Of a stretch of 64,000 nucleotides of DNA, positions 49,201-62,689 are shown in pieces. The translations under genes and the position numbers were made by a program. Each line of letters starts with the position of its first letter. Position 1 is the stretch's first letter. The notes below the pieces were generated by a model. The model ran no database searches, was not told the DNA's origin, and saw nothing but the letters and a program-made list of their open reading frames with translations. This DNA comes from Orbicella franksi (taxonomy: Eukaryota), in NCBI GenBank assembly GCA_964199315.1, contig OZ116708.1, positions 6,324,001-6,388,000 on the forward strand, written 5' to 3'.

Positions 49201-52200
49201 AATTCTCAACCTAGAGTAGATGATCCGAAGTCAAACACACTCAAAGGTGTCGCATCCATAACAAACTTCTCGAAAGTGATTAGTTCTTAACACACACAAT
49301 TGGAGTGAAAGCATCCGTTTTCTTAGCGTTAAGTGGATGGTAGCTATTTTACGGTGAGAACTTAATCTTTGCGTCTCTTTCGAGTTTCACTTTTTTGGTG
49401 GTTTCGGGAAACGGAGGCTTTCGAAAGCACTGACGTCAGTCACATCCCGTGCAAATCAGTGAATCATAGTTTTTTTTTTTTCCTCATAACGTGTCAGCGT
49501 TTTTGAGCGTTCTGAGTGTGGACAGTGATAACCCTGTGAAGGCGGTAGTGCGGATGTAAAGTGCGAGTTTAAATCAGTGCTTCTCATAATAAACACAGCA
49601 CGATCTAGAAACCTTCTTTTACTTCATATACTCGGTTATATCTTACAGCTCTATCTTACATGGCTAAGGCCATTTTGCAAAGTAAAAACTGCCATCAAAC
49701 AAACCTATTATAAAACAAATAAAAGGAACAAGAATGGTTCAGGTCTGGAAAGATTGAAACGAATTACGAACAAAGGGCTTCAATCCTGAAACTCAAAATC
49801 CGACATAAATCTGGATGGAGGTGATTAAATCTCACTATCAGCTAAATTTTTGGAGATTTCTCAGCTATCGGTTAAAATTTAAGCCCGTTTCATTTGTCAG
49901 CTGCCAGTAAATTTTGCGGATCCCAGATCTCAGCTGCCAGTTCAATAAAAACGTGTCATCTCTCAGCTGACCATTTTCATCTTTTCTCAGCTCACGACCC
50001 TCACGTCTAATTGTTATTCGTTCGCTCGCACTGCTAGGTGTCTAGTTAATGATTAACAAGGATCTAAACAACAACAATGTTGGCTGGAGAACTAAAGCGC
50101 AAACATGTATTCTCTCTTTTCTAGCGCCGAGACATGGCGGATGGGGCCGATGGCAGCCAGTTAGCTGGCAGGAAACCCAGTGCTCAAATGGATATAAAAC
50201 CAGATACCGCTATTGCAACGATCCTTCCCCAGCTCACGGTGGGCATGGCTGCAGCGGAAGTAGTAGCAAGCGGATAGACTGCAATGAATGTGACTACGGC
50301 AACGGAGGATGCGAACATATATGTGTAAACTATGTTGGTAGTCACAGCTGTAGATGCTATCCTGGTTATGAGCTTTACTCGGGAAAGAGATGCAGACGTA
50401 CGTGATTTCGGCTTTTTTGGGGAAGTGTTGGTTAACAACATTTAGACAGTTAAACGCGCAGTAAATGCTCCTTGATCACATTAAAATGTATTCCATTATT
50501 TAGCTACAAACAGGTGCTACATTAAGGGTGGTTCTCATCAACGCAGAAACATTATTATATTTAAGCACCGTTAACTTACAGTCATTTTTGTTGACCAAAG
50601 GCGCATCTTATTACACATCTTATTACGTCGCACGTGTGCTGCCGCCAGTGGTAAATTCTCCGCTACCCATTTATACATAGTGCTAACCCGAATGTTCAAT
50701 CTACATCTTGGCGCCCTTACTATTTGGCCACCGCGCCTCCTTCTACGATGCGAAAAGAAACGATCTTTTCAAATTAGTTTGCACGTTGTGAAAACAAGGC
50801 GTTGATGGTTTTGCTTACGTTTTTTAGGAATCTCTTGTCACACAAGCGATTGGCCGCCGCCAAGTAATGGACAGATATCGTCACCTTGTAACAGTAATTC
50901 ACAGGTGCACTCTGGCACTTATTGCACGGTCACTTGTAATAATGGATATAAATTAGACGGACCTTCAAGCTCTGTTTGTGGCAGCGACGGCGAGTGGGAT
51001 CCAAGATCAACCCCAAACTGTCGAGGTAAAAGGAATGTTTCTGGGCAGTTTGGGCTCGGGTTCTTGACGAAAGAAAAGAAATAATTACGATGCATGGGAC
51101 TAAGCAAAGACAAAGCGGCCAGAGACATTGCCTTTTCAGTCACATGTGACCAAATGCTTTACTGCCTTGCGCTCTAGGTGAAATCAAGTGTCAGAACTAG
51201 AAAAATCATGTTTCCAGTTTGATTGCATACATGCGTCAAATTTCGTTTATGGCTTTCAAAAATGCAACGAAAAACCGAACGCTGTGATTAAAATTGACTC
51301 ATCTTCCGATCAGGTCTCAATTCTATGTGCTGAACAAAACGATCGAGGCCTTTGGCGGAAGGATTTAATTAAGATTTTCATGCACGACAGTGCAACTGCA
51401 CGACAATGGTGTTTGACAACAGAAGTTTACAATAAGATAACTTAGTCTTAAAGGGCTGCTGATCCGCTTTGGCGAATATTCTATAAAAATTACTTACGGA
51501 TGGTTCTTTTTTCAGTGTTCGAGTGTCAAGCCCTAAGTGCCCCGGACCATGGTCAGATCACTCCTGATATTTGCAAAACAAAACCTCTCCATGGTCAAGT
51601 ATGTTCTTACGAATGTAGCGCAGGCTACGCACGCACTGGGCCTAGTTCGAACACGTGTAACAATGGCTTCTGGACACAAGGAGGATTTCACTGTCAGGGT
51701 AAATCTTTACATCATACGTAGAGCTTTGTTAATTGCAAAGTACTGGTTGATGCTGCATAGTTACGCATAAACAGCACCAGACGAAGGAAAATGCAGTTAG
51801 AGGGTCTGAGTGACTGAGTTATTGAGTGACAGAGCTTCTGGGCGACTAAGCGACTAAGCGACTNNNNNNNNNNNNNNNNNNNNNNNNNNNNNNNNNNNNN
51901 NNNNNNNNNNNNNNNNNNNNNNNNNNNNNNNNNNNNNNNNNNNNNNNNNNNNNNNNNNNNNNNNNNNNNNNNNNNNNNNNNNNNNNNNNNNNNNNNNNNN
52001 NNNNNNNNNNNGGCTGAGCGGCTGAGCGGCTGAGCGGCTGAGCGGCTGAGCGGCTGAGCGGCTGAGCGGCTGAGCGGCTGAGCGGCTGAGCGGCTGAGCG
52101 GCTGAGCGGCTGAGTGGCTGAGTGGCTGAGTGGCTGAGTGGCTGAGTGGCTGAGTGGCTGAGTGGCTGAGTGGCTGAGTGGCTGAGTGGCTGAGTGGCCG

Positions 52201-55200
52201 AGTGGCCNNNNNNNNNNNNNNNNNNNNNNNNNNNNNNNNNNNNNNNNNNNNNNNNNNNNNNNNNNNNNNNNNNNNNNNNNNNNNNNNNNNNNNNNNNNNN
52301 NNNNNNNNNNNNNNNNNNNNNNNNNNNNNNNNNNNNNNNNNNNNNNNNNNNNNNNATGAGTGACTGATCATGAGTGACTGATCATGAGTGACTGATCATG
52401 AGTGACTGATCATGAGTGACTGATCATGAGTGACTGATCATGAGTGACTAATCATGAGAGACTGAGTGACTGAGTGACTGAGTGACTGAGTGACTGAATG
52501 CCTTGCTATATCTATATGCGTCAATAGCTGCAAGTCAGGTAACATGCAATTAAATCCAATATTGTTTTTTTTCTGTTTAAAGACAATGAATCGCCTTCAT
52601 TTGGCGAAACCTGTCCATCTGCACAAAGTGTTTTCGCGGATGAAGGAAAATCTTCAGCCACAGTGAGCTGGGGACCAGTTACAGCTACAGATAACGATCA
52701 AGCTAGCGTTACTGTGTCCCCTAAAGTGACGTCACCACACGTTTTTTCTGAGGGAAGCCATACCGTGGTCTACACTGCTACAGATCCGTCGGGAAACACG
52801 AAACTCTGTTACTTTCGAATTACTGTTCAAGGTAAGAATGTCTTGGCGTATATGAAAACAACAACAACAACAACAATTAATCAACCAATCAAGGCATGTA
52901 TGCTAATAATCTAATTGTGGGAAAATGGCTCTCGTTCCTTTGAATTTATTTAAATAAATGAACGGTTTTTTCATGTGAAACATATAGTTGAAAAAAAAAA
53001 CGTTAAAAAGAAGAGTTAGCATTATATAATTGAGAACAGAAAAATAATACTGTCTATCAAAAGGTATATCTTAAAATGAAGGCCATTTTACACAGCGTGG
53101 CTCCTTCAGGTTTATCAATAATGGGACCTGGATCTAAAAAAAATAAGGAATTAAACTTCAAAAGCAAAGTATAATGCTAAAGAAATGATTGTTGTGAAGA
53201 GATCAAGTGAACGCGCGGAGAAACAATTCAGTTTTTCGTTGAATGAAATAGTCTTCTCGGAGGTGTTAGCATTCTTTGTAGAAACTACCTTTGTTACATT
53301 CTATCCGTCAGTATCAACAAATTTGATTAGGAATAAGTCGTTGTTATTTAATAACTTCTCAAACCCAATGCCCCAGGACGGTTAATTCACCTAATCATAT
53401 TTCATTTTAGCTCTTCGATGTTCTGTACTGTTCGCACCTGCAAACGGCAGACTGGAGAATGCGGCCTGTGGAAATGTCTATGGAAGCTTATGCCGACTGA
53501 CCTGCTACAAGGGGTATGAATTGAAAGGATCTGTTGAGAGAAAGTGCGACAAGATAGCAGGGACAAATGTGGCCCAATGGACAGGAAATACAACATCCTG
53601 TGAAGGTAAGTATGGGCATGTTTTGTCCATTCCTTCATAATGTGTGGTAAACTAAGAAACATTCTTGACAAGATGGCTTGCATAGAACCATACTTTCTTT
53701 GAACATGCCAAAGAAGCTCTAGTTGAATTTTTTTTTTCCTATTGTTTTGCAAAAAAAAAAAAACAAAACAAAACAAAACAAAAAACAAAAAAAACAACAA
53801 CAACAAAAAAAGCAGATTTGAAGGAGTCTTGCTCCCCCCTGGATGAGATGCTAGTCTATCGCAGCTTTCTCCTCGGCATTCAGACAGGAATTTGCCCCGT
53901 CGTGGTTTCTCTCCATCAGTACCTCTAGTGCTTTCGAACTAATCGTTTGCTATTTGTCTTAGCTATCCACTGTCCATCTCTAAACACTCCCGATCACGCT
54001 ATTCAGTCCGGGTACGGCTGCGGTGGTCCGAGCTCTAGCTACAGCACATCCTGCTATTTCAGTTGCATGTTGGGATACGAGGCTGTAGGAGGATCACAGA
54101 AAAGAACTTGTCTGGAAACTGGACAGTGGAGTGGAACCGAACTTCAGTGCCAAGGTAAGGAAATGATATCCACGTTTATGGGAAACGGGATTGCTGTTTG
54201 TCGTCGATGTAGATTAAGAAAAAAAAAAACTCTAAACGCAGGTAAATACAGTTTCGAAAGGAGAAAAACAACGTGTTTTTTAACCTGTGTGAAGTAAATG
54301 ACCTCCTCCCTATCTTTAATCTTCTGGGCCGTTTTTTTCAAAACCCCGGTTGACACAAACTCAGAGTTAAAAATTAACTTAAGTATTATTTTTTTCTTGT
54401 ATGTTTTTTACTTCCTTTGTTTTGTTTAGTTTGAGATTACCCCATCTCAAAACTAAAGGCCAAACGATATAAGAAGAAAACTTCACCGAAATGTTGCAAA
54501 ACCATTGACATCAAAATTTAGGTCAATCCTGGGTTAGCTTAATTGGGCTTTGAACATCTCCGAACACAAGGTTAAGGCCCTAGTGTTTTCTCGTAAGGCA
54601 ACTCTACTGGGCAGAATTACCTATCAAGACCTATTCACAAATTTTATTTTAGTTTTTTTTTTTTTTTTTAATAAAAATGACTTTAGATTTCTTGTCTCGT
54701 TATAAATTGTCACCAGGCTTAAAGCTTAGGTTGCGCCAAATGACGTAAGAAATGATCCATCAATAATGTTGTGTTGCCTTGCAGCGATCACCTGTCCTTC
54801 AATCACTATTACGTCGAAAGGACTGGACATCACCCCCTCATTCTGCACCAATGCAAGCGCTGTCATTCATTACGCAACAGATTGCCGGTTCACCTGCAGG
54901 AGCGGATATCAACACCATGGGCCTGGGCTTAAGACTTGTAACCAGCAGAAGACCTGGTCTCCATTAGGGAATCCATGGTGCAAGGGTGAGTTGGTAACTT
55001 TACGAAACTCAGCTTACGACATGGTAACACCTACTGTGAATCGTCATGTTTCAAATATAGATTTTTACCAAGCTAATTATGAAGCCTTTAATATTAGAGA
55101 AGTGCAGTAGGACAAGTAGCGCTTAAATGAAATGTGGTTTAAATTGAAAACAGAGCAGATTAAAGAAAAATAACATTGTAGATGTTGTCGTTGTTGTTCT

Positions 55201-58200
55201 TAACGATAGTAACGATGATGGTAAGGGGGAATATGAGGAAGATGATGAGGAAAAGTAGTAGTAGCAGGAGCAGCAGGAGGAGCAGGAGAAATATCAAAGA
55301 GAGGGAGGTGGGGAGAATGTGATGATAAGTCTTTTGCTGCTGTCTATGATGCTGTTTGGCTTTGTTAGTCTCTTCGTATAACAGTCGAGGTTCAACAATG
55401 ACTTGTGTATAGTTTCGTCTTCTTGTTGTAAAGGATATATTCTTTTCGTTTATAGATGTCTCGGCACCAGTATTTTCAAACTGCCCATCAAATATTGTAG
55501 CCACCGCTGACAGAGGTACAACGTCGACACAGGTCACTTGGTCTCATCCTTCAGCTACAGACAACTCCGGCCTCATTCCCAACATAACACGCTATGGGAA
55601 ACTACCTGGGGACTTATTTCATGCTGGAGAACACAACATCCGGTACGTGGCTTTAGACAAAACAGGGAACGTTGCCGAATGCAAATTTAAAGTCTTCGTT
55701 TCAGGTAATTTGCATATGTCCCGCGCGGGAATATTTGTTTGCAGCATTTGCCTCATCAGAATAAGCGCTTGTGATCGAGCTATGAAAAATATCAGCTCTG
55801 ATTGAAAGAACATGCATGGATAAAAGATTTTTCCCCTTCTACTATGCATGGAGCATGACATTATGTTTGCGTAGAGTTAAAAAAGTCAAAATTTTACAAC
55901 GATTATTTAGGCGCATTAAGGGCTTTTGGCACTAACATATCTCGAAGGTTTTTTCGTTTTTTTCTCTTTTTTTTAATCATTTTAGTATATACCTGATAAG
56001 TGAATAGTACCTATCACATGTTCGATCTGATTGGTTAACTCGGGGTTGACTAAAATTTTCCGACCATTTGTCGGTTTGTTGTTAGAACTAAGACACTTTT
56101 TTGGTCCATTAGTTACCTCATAGCCTGTCTCTTTCCGTAAGGGCGGCTGTGATCATGAACAGGCTAGTTACCTCAGTGTCCGTGAAAGTGGTTGCGCACT
56201 ATTCACCTCCGCTTCAGTGAATAAGTGTTATTTAGTATGAGCGCACTCAGTGATCTTAGTGTTTCAAGCAATCTGATTGGTTCGCTATCTCGGGCTAATG
56301 AGTATTATTCACTTCCTAAAGAATACCTGTTAAATATGCCATGCAAAGCACGAAATCGATTCAATGTTCATCGTTCGTCACCCTCGTTTGCTAACATCCT
56401 TTAATATGCGTCCATGCACTCGGACGAAATCACAATTTTGTACTATTGTTACCTTTTTAAGTGGTCCGCTGCCTGCCAAAGTTGTATTCCCCAGCTGGAG
56501 GTTCCTTACAGTGTACCAAAGACAATCAGTACGGATCTGAGTGCTCCTTGGCTTGTCAGGATGGCCACACCATGAGTGGCTCTGACCGCAGAGTCTGCGA
56601 GAAAGATCCAGTTACGTCCGTGGGTGTCTGGACGGGAAATGAGACGAAATGTGAACGTATGTAAAAAAAAAAAAACAACAATATTTAAGTTCATGTCAGA
56701 TTCCCCACCCCCCCCCCCCCCATACCTAGAAAAAGAAACAACAACAACGACAACGAAACTAACAAACAAACAAACATACTTAAGGTATTCAATTTTCAGA
56801 TTTACCTTATTTGCTCTTCTTACAGCCTCCGCCTGAAATCAATAGACCTTCAAAGCAGTAATGAAACATTTCCACGCAAGTTAATCTTTGCCTATTTGTA
56901 TTTCTTTTACCAAGCAACTTTCATTCCTAGTAAGCTGGAAGTAAAAATCGCCTTTAATTTGATGGCAGGGAAAAGGAAAGCACCATGAAAATGGTTAATA
57001 GCCTTTTGCAATCTTACTGGAAACTTCTGCACAAGTGGTTCATATTTTCTGAATACCTTTATAGACAGAATTTTGACTGTATAAAAAAAGAAAAGTGCTT
57101 CGTCGATGTTTAAAAGTCGATCTTTCTAGCTCGTAAGTCCACCAAGGGCACAAAGTAATAAGTCACGTTAATTTATCTTTCCTTAGTGGTGAAGTGTGCT
57201 AGACTCTTCCCCCCTCCTCACAGCATACAGTCTGGCTGCGGAGGCGGTTCCTTGTTCAACGTTTTTGGTGACAAATGCCTTTTATACTGCTCCCGTGGCT
57301 ACCACCGGGTTAACGGCTCGACTGAGAGGGTCTGTCTAGCAAATGGCACCTGGTCTGGTGAAGAGCCGTACTGTCAAGGTAAGGGAAGCAGCAAGAAAGA
57401 GGAATAGTTGCGACAAGCCTTTACAGAACACATTTACGCCGATACGCAGGAGGCGAAACTTTATTGATGCTATAAAATCGGTATTCTAAGTCTGAAAGTG
57501 TGGTTAGGATTAGCACGCAACCCTTTCTTTTTTGTTCAGTCTTAGCAGCTAGGTATAGAGGAGAAAAGAGAGATGAGAAGAGAGATATATGTGTGAACTA
57601 TTTCAGGGTCGATTTGTTAAAAGTTTATAGTTTCAGAGAAGTAAACAAATAACTTTTTGTCCGCAAGCGTTTGATCAGGAATTCTCATGTCAGCAAAAAA
57701 TTCCTAAAATATTTACTGAATAAGATTTTACTTGTTTTATTTTTTTGGTACAGTTGTCCGCTGTAAGGTTCTTCTGCCTCCAACGGATGGTCAGGTGACA
57801 CCACACTCCTGCACGACTTCTCCTGAATACGATACTACATGCCACTTTTCTTGTCCCAAAGGCTACAGGCTGCATGGAGAACCAATAGCGACATGCCTTA
57901 GCGACGGTCAGTGGTCGAAAAACACCACTTCTCTTTGCAAAGGTTGGTTTATCTTCCAAGAAGTTAATTTTTTCTTTGTCTTTGTATTACGGCCTGGTGT
58001 GGGGCAGAAAAAAAGACCTTGCAGTTGTTTTATTCCGAGAGCTTTTGGGAGGCAGCATGGCCGATTGGTCTAGGGCGTCGGATTTGAAATCTGAAGGTCC
58101 CTGGTTCAATCCTCACCTTACCGTTATCTGGATTTGCTATTGATAGTCTCGAGTTCAAGCGCTTGACCGACTTTCGTAAATAGCTAACTGGTCAGCCTCC

Positions 58201-61200
58201 CACCAGTTGAGATTATTCATTATTTATGTTCTATTTGCAAGCTGTGTTTGTTTGTTTGCGGAGTCCTCAATTAGCACAACAGTGTTAAATACATTTTAGA
58301 ATTAAATAAAATTAATCATCGATTGATTGATTTGTTTATTTATTTATTTATTTATTTTTATTTAGTTATTTTAAAACCGACCGAGTGTTCTTCATCTGTG
58401 ATATTGCTCGTTCAAGCTGTTGACTTCGTTAATTATTCTACTGTTAATTGATATATTTAAATACTTGCAGACGTGGAAAGACCCTCCTTTGGCGTTACTT
58501 GCCCCAGTGATATCAAACGTTACGCAGACAGGGCTAACAATTATACCACAGTAAACTGGGCACCAGTGGTTGCCACTGATAACTCTGGCGTGGTAACGAG
58601 TGTGACCAAATATGGTGTGCCTACCGTAAATAGATTCTACCAAGGACGACACCGGGTCACTTACAACGCCAGCGACGCAGCAGGGAATTACAAAGTCTGC
58701 ACGTTTTTCGTGACAGTCGAGGGTAAGCCATTTGCGAACGGCACTGAAAGTGCAGATTAGACATCCTGTAAAGCAATGGCAATTGCGTATTGTTAACAAA
58801 CCTCAGCATCAAATACGAAAGGCCTTTTTAAGACAGTCTCTATAGACATAGCTGACAACTCAACAGTTGTTTAAATTGAGCGCTAATTTGCAGGCCCTGC
58901 CTCTTGTAACTTGAAAAAAAAAAGATAACTGTTTTTGGCAACGTTCATTTGCAACAAATTGGTCACATAATGGTTTGAATGCATTTTTCTCTGAAAAAAA
59001 AAAACGTGTGGTTACAATTTAATATTACGTGTCAAAATTGTGCGACATATGGACATTTAATGAGTATTGATTATTTTTATTATTGTGATTATTTTATGCG
59101 CTTTCTAAGTTAGCCAGTGAATACAAAATTGATGACCGTTGCTGAATAATCGTTCTAACATGTCATATTTTCCGTTCGTCTATAGTTTTACGATGCCAAA
59201 CGTTGTTTCCTCCACTGAACGGCTTTGTAGAGGGAGAATGTGATAACACCTACGGCTCCACATGTAAAATGACGTGCAACGATGGGTACAACTTGCTCGG
59301 GTCTGACATTCTTACCTGCCTTAAGAAACCGGGCCATATTACAGGATACTGGGACGAACCAGTACCAGTCTGTAAAAGTAAGTGGCAAATATGTTTGTTA
59401 ACCATCATGTCACGCTGCTAGTATGCACACCCATTTGGCTTTGTATTCATTTTGAGAAAGAAAAGTTATTCAAGTTTATCAGTTATATAGGCCCTGGTCA
59501 ATAACGGTGCACGATAGTTGACGATATTTGATAGCATCCTAACTATTATCGACTATCATAACGTGGTGAAACGGGAAAAAAAAAAAACTATCATTGACTA
59601 TCAAGAAGAGTCTGAACAAGCTCAACGTAAATGATAGTTGATGATAGTCGGAGGTAGGGTGCGGGAGTAAGTAGTCAAACGAAAGCGCGCGGTACAGCTA
59701 TCATCAACTATCATCGTCTTCATTACCAGTGCTTGAAAATTCAGAGTATTCCTAGTTTCTTACTATCTGAGGACGTTTCTATATATTGCAAATACTGATT
59801 TTATTCTTGGGGAAAAAGCCTCCTTAATGTGTCTATATAGAGTCTAAATATAAGGCTGCAAAAGATCTTTAAAGGGTCAAATAGTAGCGTATACTAGGCG
59901 TTTTAGGCTTAACACTTCTCCGGTATGTGAAAAGACTTGGTTCCATCTATATCATAACGTGTATATCATTAAGCTCTATAAGTCTATAACATTAACCTAT
60001 TCATATAGTTTTCGTGTACATTGTTGTAATTAGAATAGAACCACTAACATGGCTATTGTTAAAAACTAAAGACACGACACGGCTATTTACATTTAGCTAT
60101 TTTCTCTATTGATTTTTTTTTTTTTTCAGTACGGTCATGTTCTTCCCTAAATGCACCTCGGTATGGTTTTATTTATCCGCACATGTGTACGTCTTTCCCA
60201 GTCAGCGGAACCATCTGCTATTTCGAATGCAGACATGGTTTCCTTGGAAACGGTGGAACTACTGAGATTCTTTGTGGGAATGATGGAAAGTGGAGCAAAA
60301 ATGAATCGTCAATTTTGCAATGCCTTGGTAAGGGCTTTGGAAAACACATGCCCCAAGATATGTTGTATATGCCATATAACTTAAAGTATTAATCGGGATA
60401 CGATGTATAATTATCATTCTTAAATATCGTTTGTAACTGCAACTAGGTGGAGATTCATCGTATCATCTCGCCCAGGTGTAAATACATTTAGATTTTGTAA
60501 CGTGTCTCTTCGGCCTCAGTAAGCTTCGTTAGAATGGTAACAACCGCCAACATGGCCAGATACACAAACAGCTTCAAGTTGTTTACAACGACAGTCTTCT
60601 CTAAAAACTAGATCATCTCAACCATTGAAATTCGGTCCAGCTCTAGACATCCTGTAGACACATATAAGTATAGTATCTATAGAAAAGAACTAGCAATGAC
60701 TGTAACAGTCTTCCATCTGATTACTTATCGGACGACTCCTCCACAAAATTTGAGGCCTCTATCTCTGAACACGTTTATTTGTTGTAATTGTTTGAGCTTT
60801 CCCTATTTATTTTTGTGTTTATATTTTGTCTTGTTTAATCTTGCACTCACGTCACTATAATTGACTTTGCAAGAATCAAATGTAAATATAATTGTTTGGT
60901 TCGCTAGTACTTATTCGATTCTTGTGCAGTGTGATTATACGTATTTTGTTGTAAATGTGAAGTAGTATTATTTTAGTTATACCTGTATGGCTGTGTGGGA
61001 AGTCTATAAGAATACGTTTATCATCAGCAATACTTTATGACACTTTCCATTGGTGAAATGACCATTTATATCTAATCAAATATCTTTTTTTTCTTTGAAA
61101 TTTTGTGCAATTTCGTATGTCCATAAGAACTAGTAAAAGTTCATTGTATTATCCAGAAGCACGAATGAATGAGTGGCTTGACGTAAAAAAAAAAAAAAAA

Positions 61201-62230
61201 AAGTGTCGCTCTCCCAAATTTTCAGGAGTATTTCTAGAGAAAAACTCCACGGGTCGAAAATGTTCCCCCATTTATTTAAAGACAGAAATGCGGCGTTTAG
61301 CCCATCAGAGTGCATGCATTTCAACACGCGAAGATAACGCGTTAAGTGTTTAGGAAGAGCTTACGGCTCTTTGGATTTCGTTTCCCATAATATGCCTTAT
61401 GTTGGTATATTCGTATAGATGTTACTGCACCAGTGTTCATGAGGTGTCCTTCAGATATTCGTGCAAACATCAATGCAAATTCTACAGCATTGGTTAACTG
61501 GACCCTACCCGTCGCGCTGGACAACAGCAATCTAGCTCCACAATTGACGGTATTTCCACCAGGGATTAGCCCCCCACAGATCTTTAACGGAACTGCTTTA
61601 GTTGTGTACACTGCTAGGGATGCAAGTGGGAACAAGAAAGAGTGCTCGTTTAGAATTATATTAGAAGGTCAGTCTTAATTAGATGTTATTAAGTGTATCG
61701 TGGATTATGTCAAATTGAGTATCCAGCCCCTGTTCAATCTTGCGAAATTACGTGGTGTCATCGTGTCCTCCTCTCTGTCTTGATAACAGGGTCTGAAATT
61801 TTAGTGCTGCAATATACTGTGTCCTCTGCCACCCACCATGCCTCGGTCCACAAGAGAAGACTCACCACCCTTTCTCCTTCTCCACGGTCATTGAGTGATT
61901 TGACATTGACAAATTTTGGCAGGTAGGACGACCTCAATCCAATAGCATATATTGACACAAGTCCTTCATTTATTTTCGTCGCAGACAATTTAGGTCCCCA
62001 GGTGGTATATTGTCCCCCAGACCAAAACATCACCGCTACGAAGACGAGAACAAGAGTAACGTGGAATGACCCTCAGTTTAAAGACAACAGCAACAGTCCA
62101 TTGGTGATAACATGCAGTCATCAAAGTGGAACTGAGTTCTACTGGGGGACCTGGAATATACATTGTACAGCCTATGATAATAATCCCAACAACAAGCCTG
62201 CTGTTTGCCAGTTTTCACTAACAGTTAAAC
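43234..62230 (+). CDS. Secreted or membrane protein, 5' part (about 1180 aa in window): SP-TSP1-CaEGF-CCP2-HYR-CCP3-HYR-CCP3-HYR-CCP2-HYR2..., continuing past the window (SVEP1/polydom-like stalk)
   Basis: 17 GT-AG exons, all with phase-1 junctions: 43234-43321 (MDSFTKFLILVLAFSVSQYGVDACGGCGP), 50125-50397, 50828-51025, 51516-51698, 52583-52831, 53411-53605, 53963-54154, 54785-54985, 55456-55704, 56462-56656, 57187-57378, 57754-57942, 58471-58722, 59186-59377, 60130-60327, 61419-61667, 61985-62230. No stop codon is seen. Linking exon 1 across the 6.8-kb intron is an inference from phase and the signal peptide. Confidence 0.9.
44884..48518. mobile_element. Long-inverted-repeat (foldback-like) element in intron 1, arms about 800 bp, spacer about 2 kb
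   Basis: 44945-45500 is nearly identical to the reverse complement of 47890-48452, and homology fades outward and inward. TTAA lies at both presumed outer ends (44884, 48515). No transposase is recognisable. Confidence 0.85.
46645..46752. repeat. Small hairpin element nested in the spacer of the long inverted repeat
   Basis: TAGTCCAGTTCTGGCCCT pairs with AGGGCCAGAACAGGACTA (17/18); CTTGCTTCT occurs on both flanks. Confidence 0.7.
51805..52500. repeat. Tandem array of 8-mer variants (GACTAAGC, GGCTGAGC, GGCTGAGT, GACTGAGT) and a 14-mer (ATGAGTGACTGATC), with two N gaps (51864-52011, 52208-52355)
   Basis: Seen directly in the sequence. Confidence 0.95.
54326..54560. mobile_element. Degenerate MITE
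   Basis: GGGCCGTTTTTTCAAAACCCCGGTT left end; ATCCTGGGTTAGCTTAATTGGGCTTTGAACA right end. Resembles a common coral MITE from memory. Confidence 0.5.
58047..58300 (+). mobile_element. tRNA-derived SINE
   Basis: A box TGGCCGATTGG, B box GGTTCAATCC (58103-58112), followed by a non-tRNA body and an AT-rich tail. Confidence 0.8.
59490..59720. mobile_element. MITE-like repeat with GATAGTTGA/TCAACTATC inverted motifs
   Basis: Multiple GATAGTTGA(C/T)GATA and CTATCATCAACTATC motifs in opposite orientations. Confidence 0.5.
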
Positions 62231-62689
62231 GTAAGTAGCAAGTAGATTAACTAAAGATCTTAGACCTAAACTTCAATAGTAAAAAAAAGGACAGAAACTT
62301 AAAAAAAAACATCTTTGTAAGACTTTCCGTGAGTTGTGATACCCTCCGTGCACACATAGATACAACCCATTAGCTTAAACTAATCAAACAGGTTGGTATT
62401 AAAGTTAAACTCGACTCATACGGCTGGCAGTCTGTTTTTCTCTCGAAATTCAGCAGGGGATATGAGGTAAGACACCTTAGCCTTGTCTGTGCTTCTTCTT
62501 TTGTTCTCTACTCTTCCCTACTCGGTCACGCTTAACACTCGTCTAAGTGAACTGTAAGGAGAAAAAAGAAAAAAAAAACCGCTGCCAGCAGGCTAAACTC
62601 AACTACCTTTTTGTTTTTTTTGGTAGGGTGGTTTTGCCTCCTTCCTTTGCTCGTACATGAGAAATTACGGTGATTTCTTCAGAATTCCA

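Noticed and set aside
52356-52500. AP-1 site array in the tandem repeat
   Set aside because: The units read TGAGTGA/TGACTGA, not the TGA(C/G)TCA consensus.
58047-58125. tRNA gene
   Set aside because: A and B boxes are present, but I could not fold a proper acceptor stem, and it runs into a body shared with 27036-27290. It is a SINE head.
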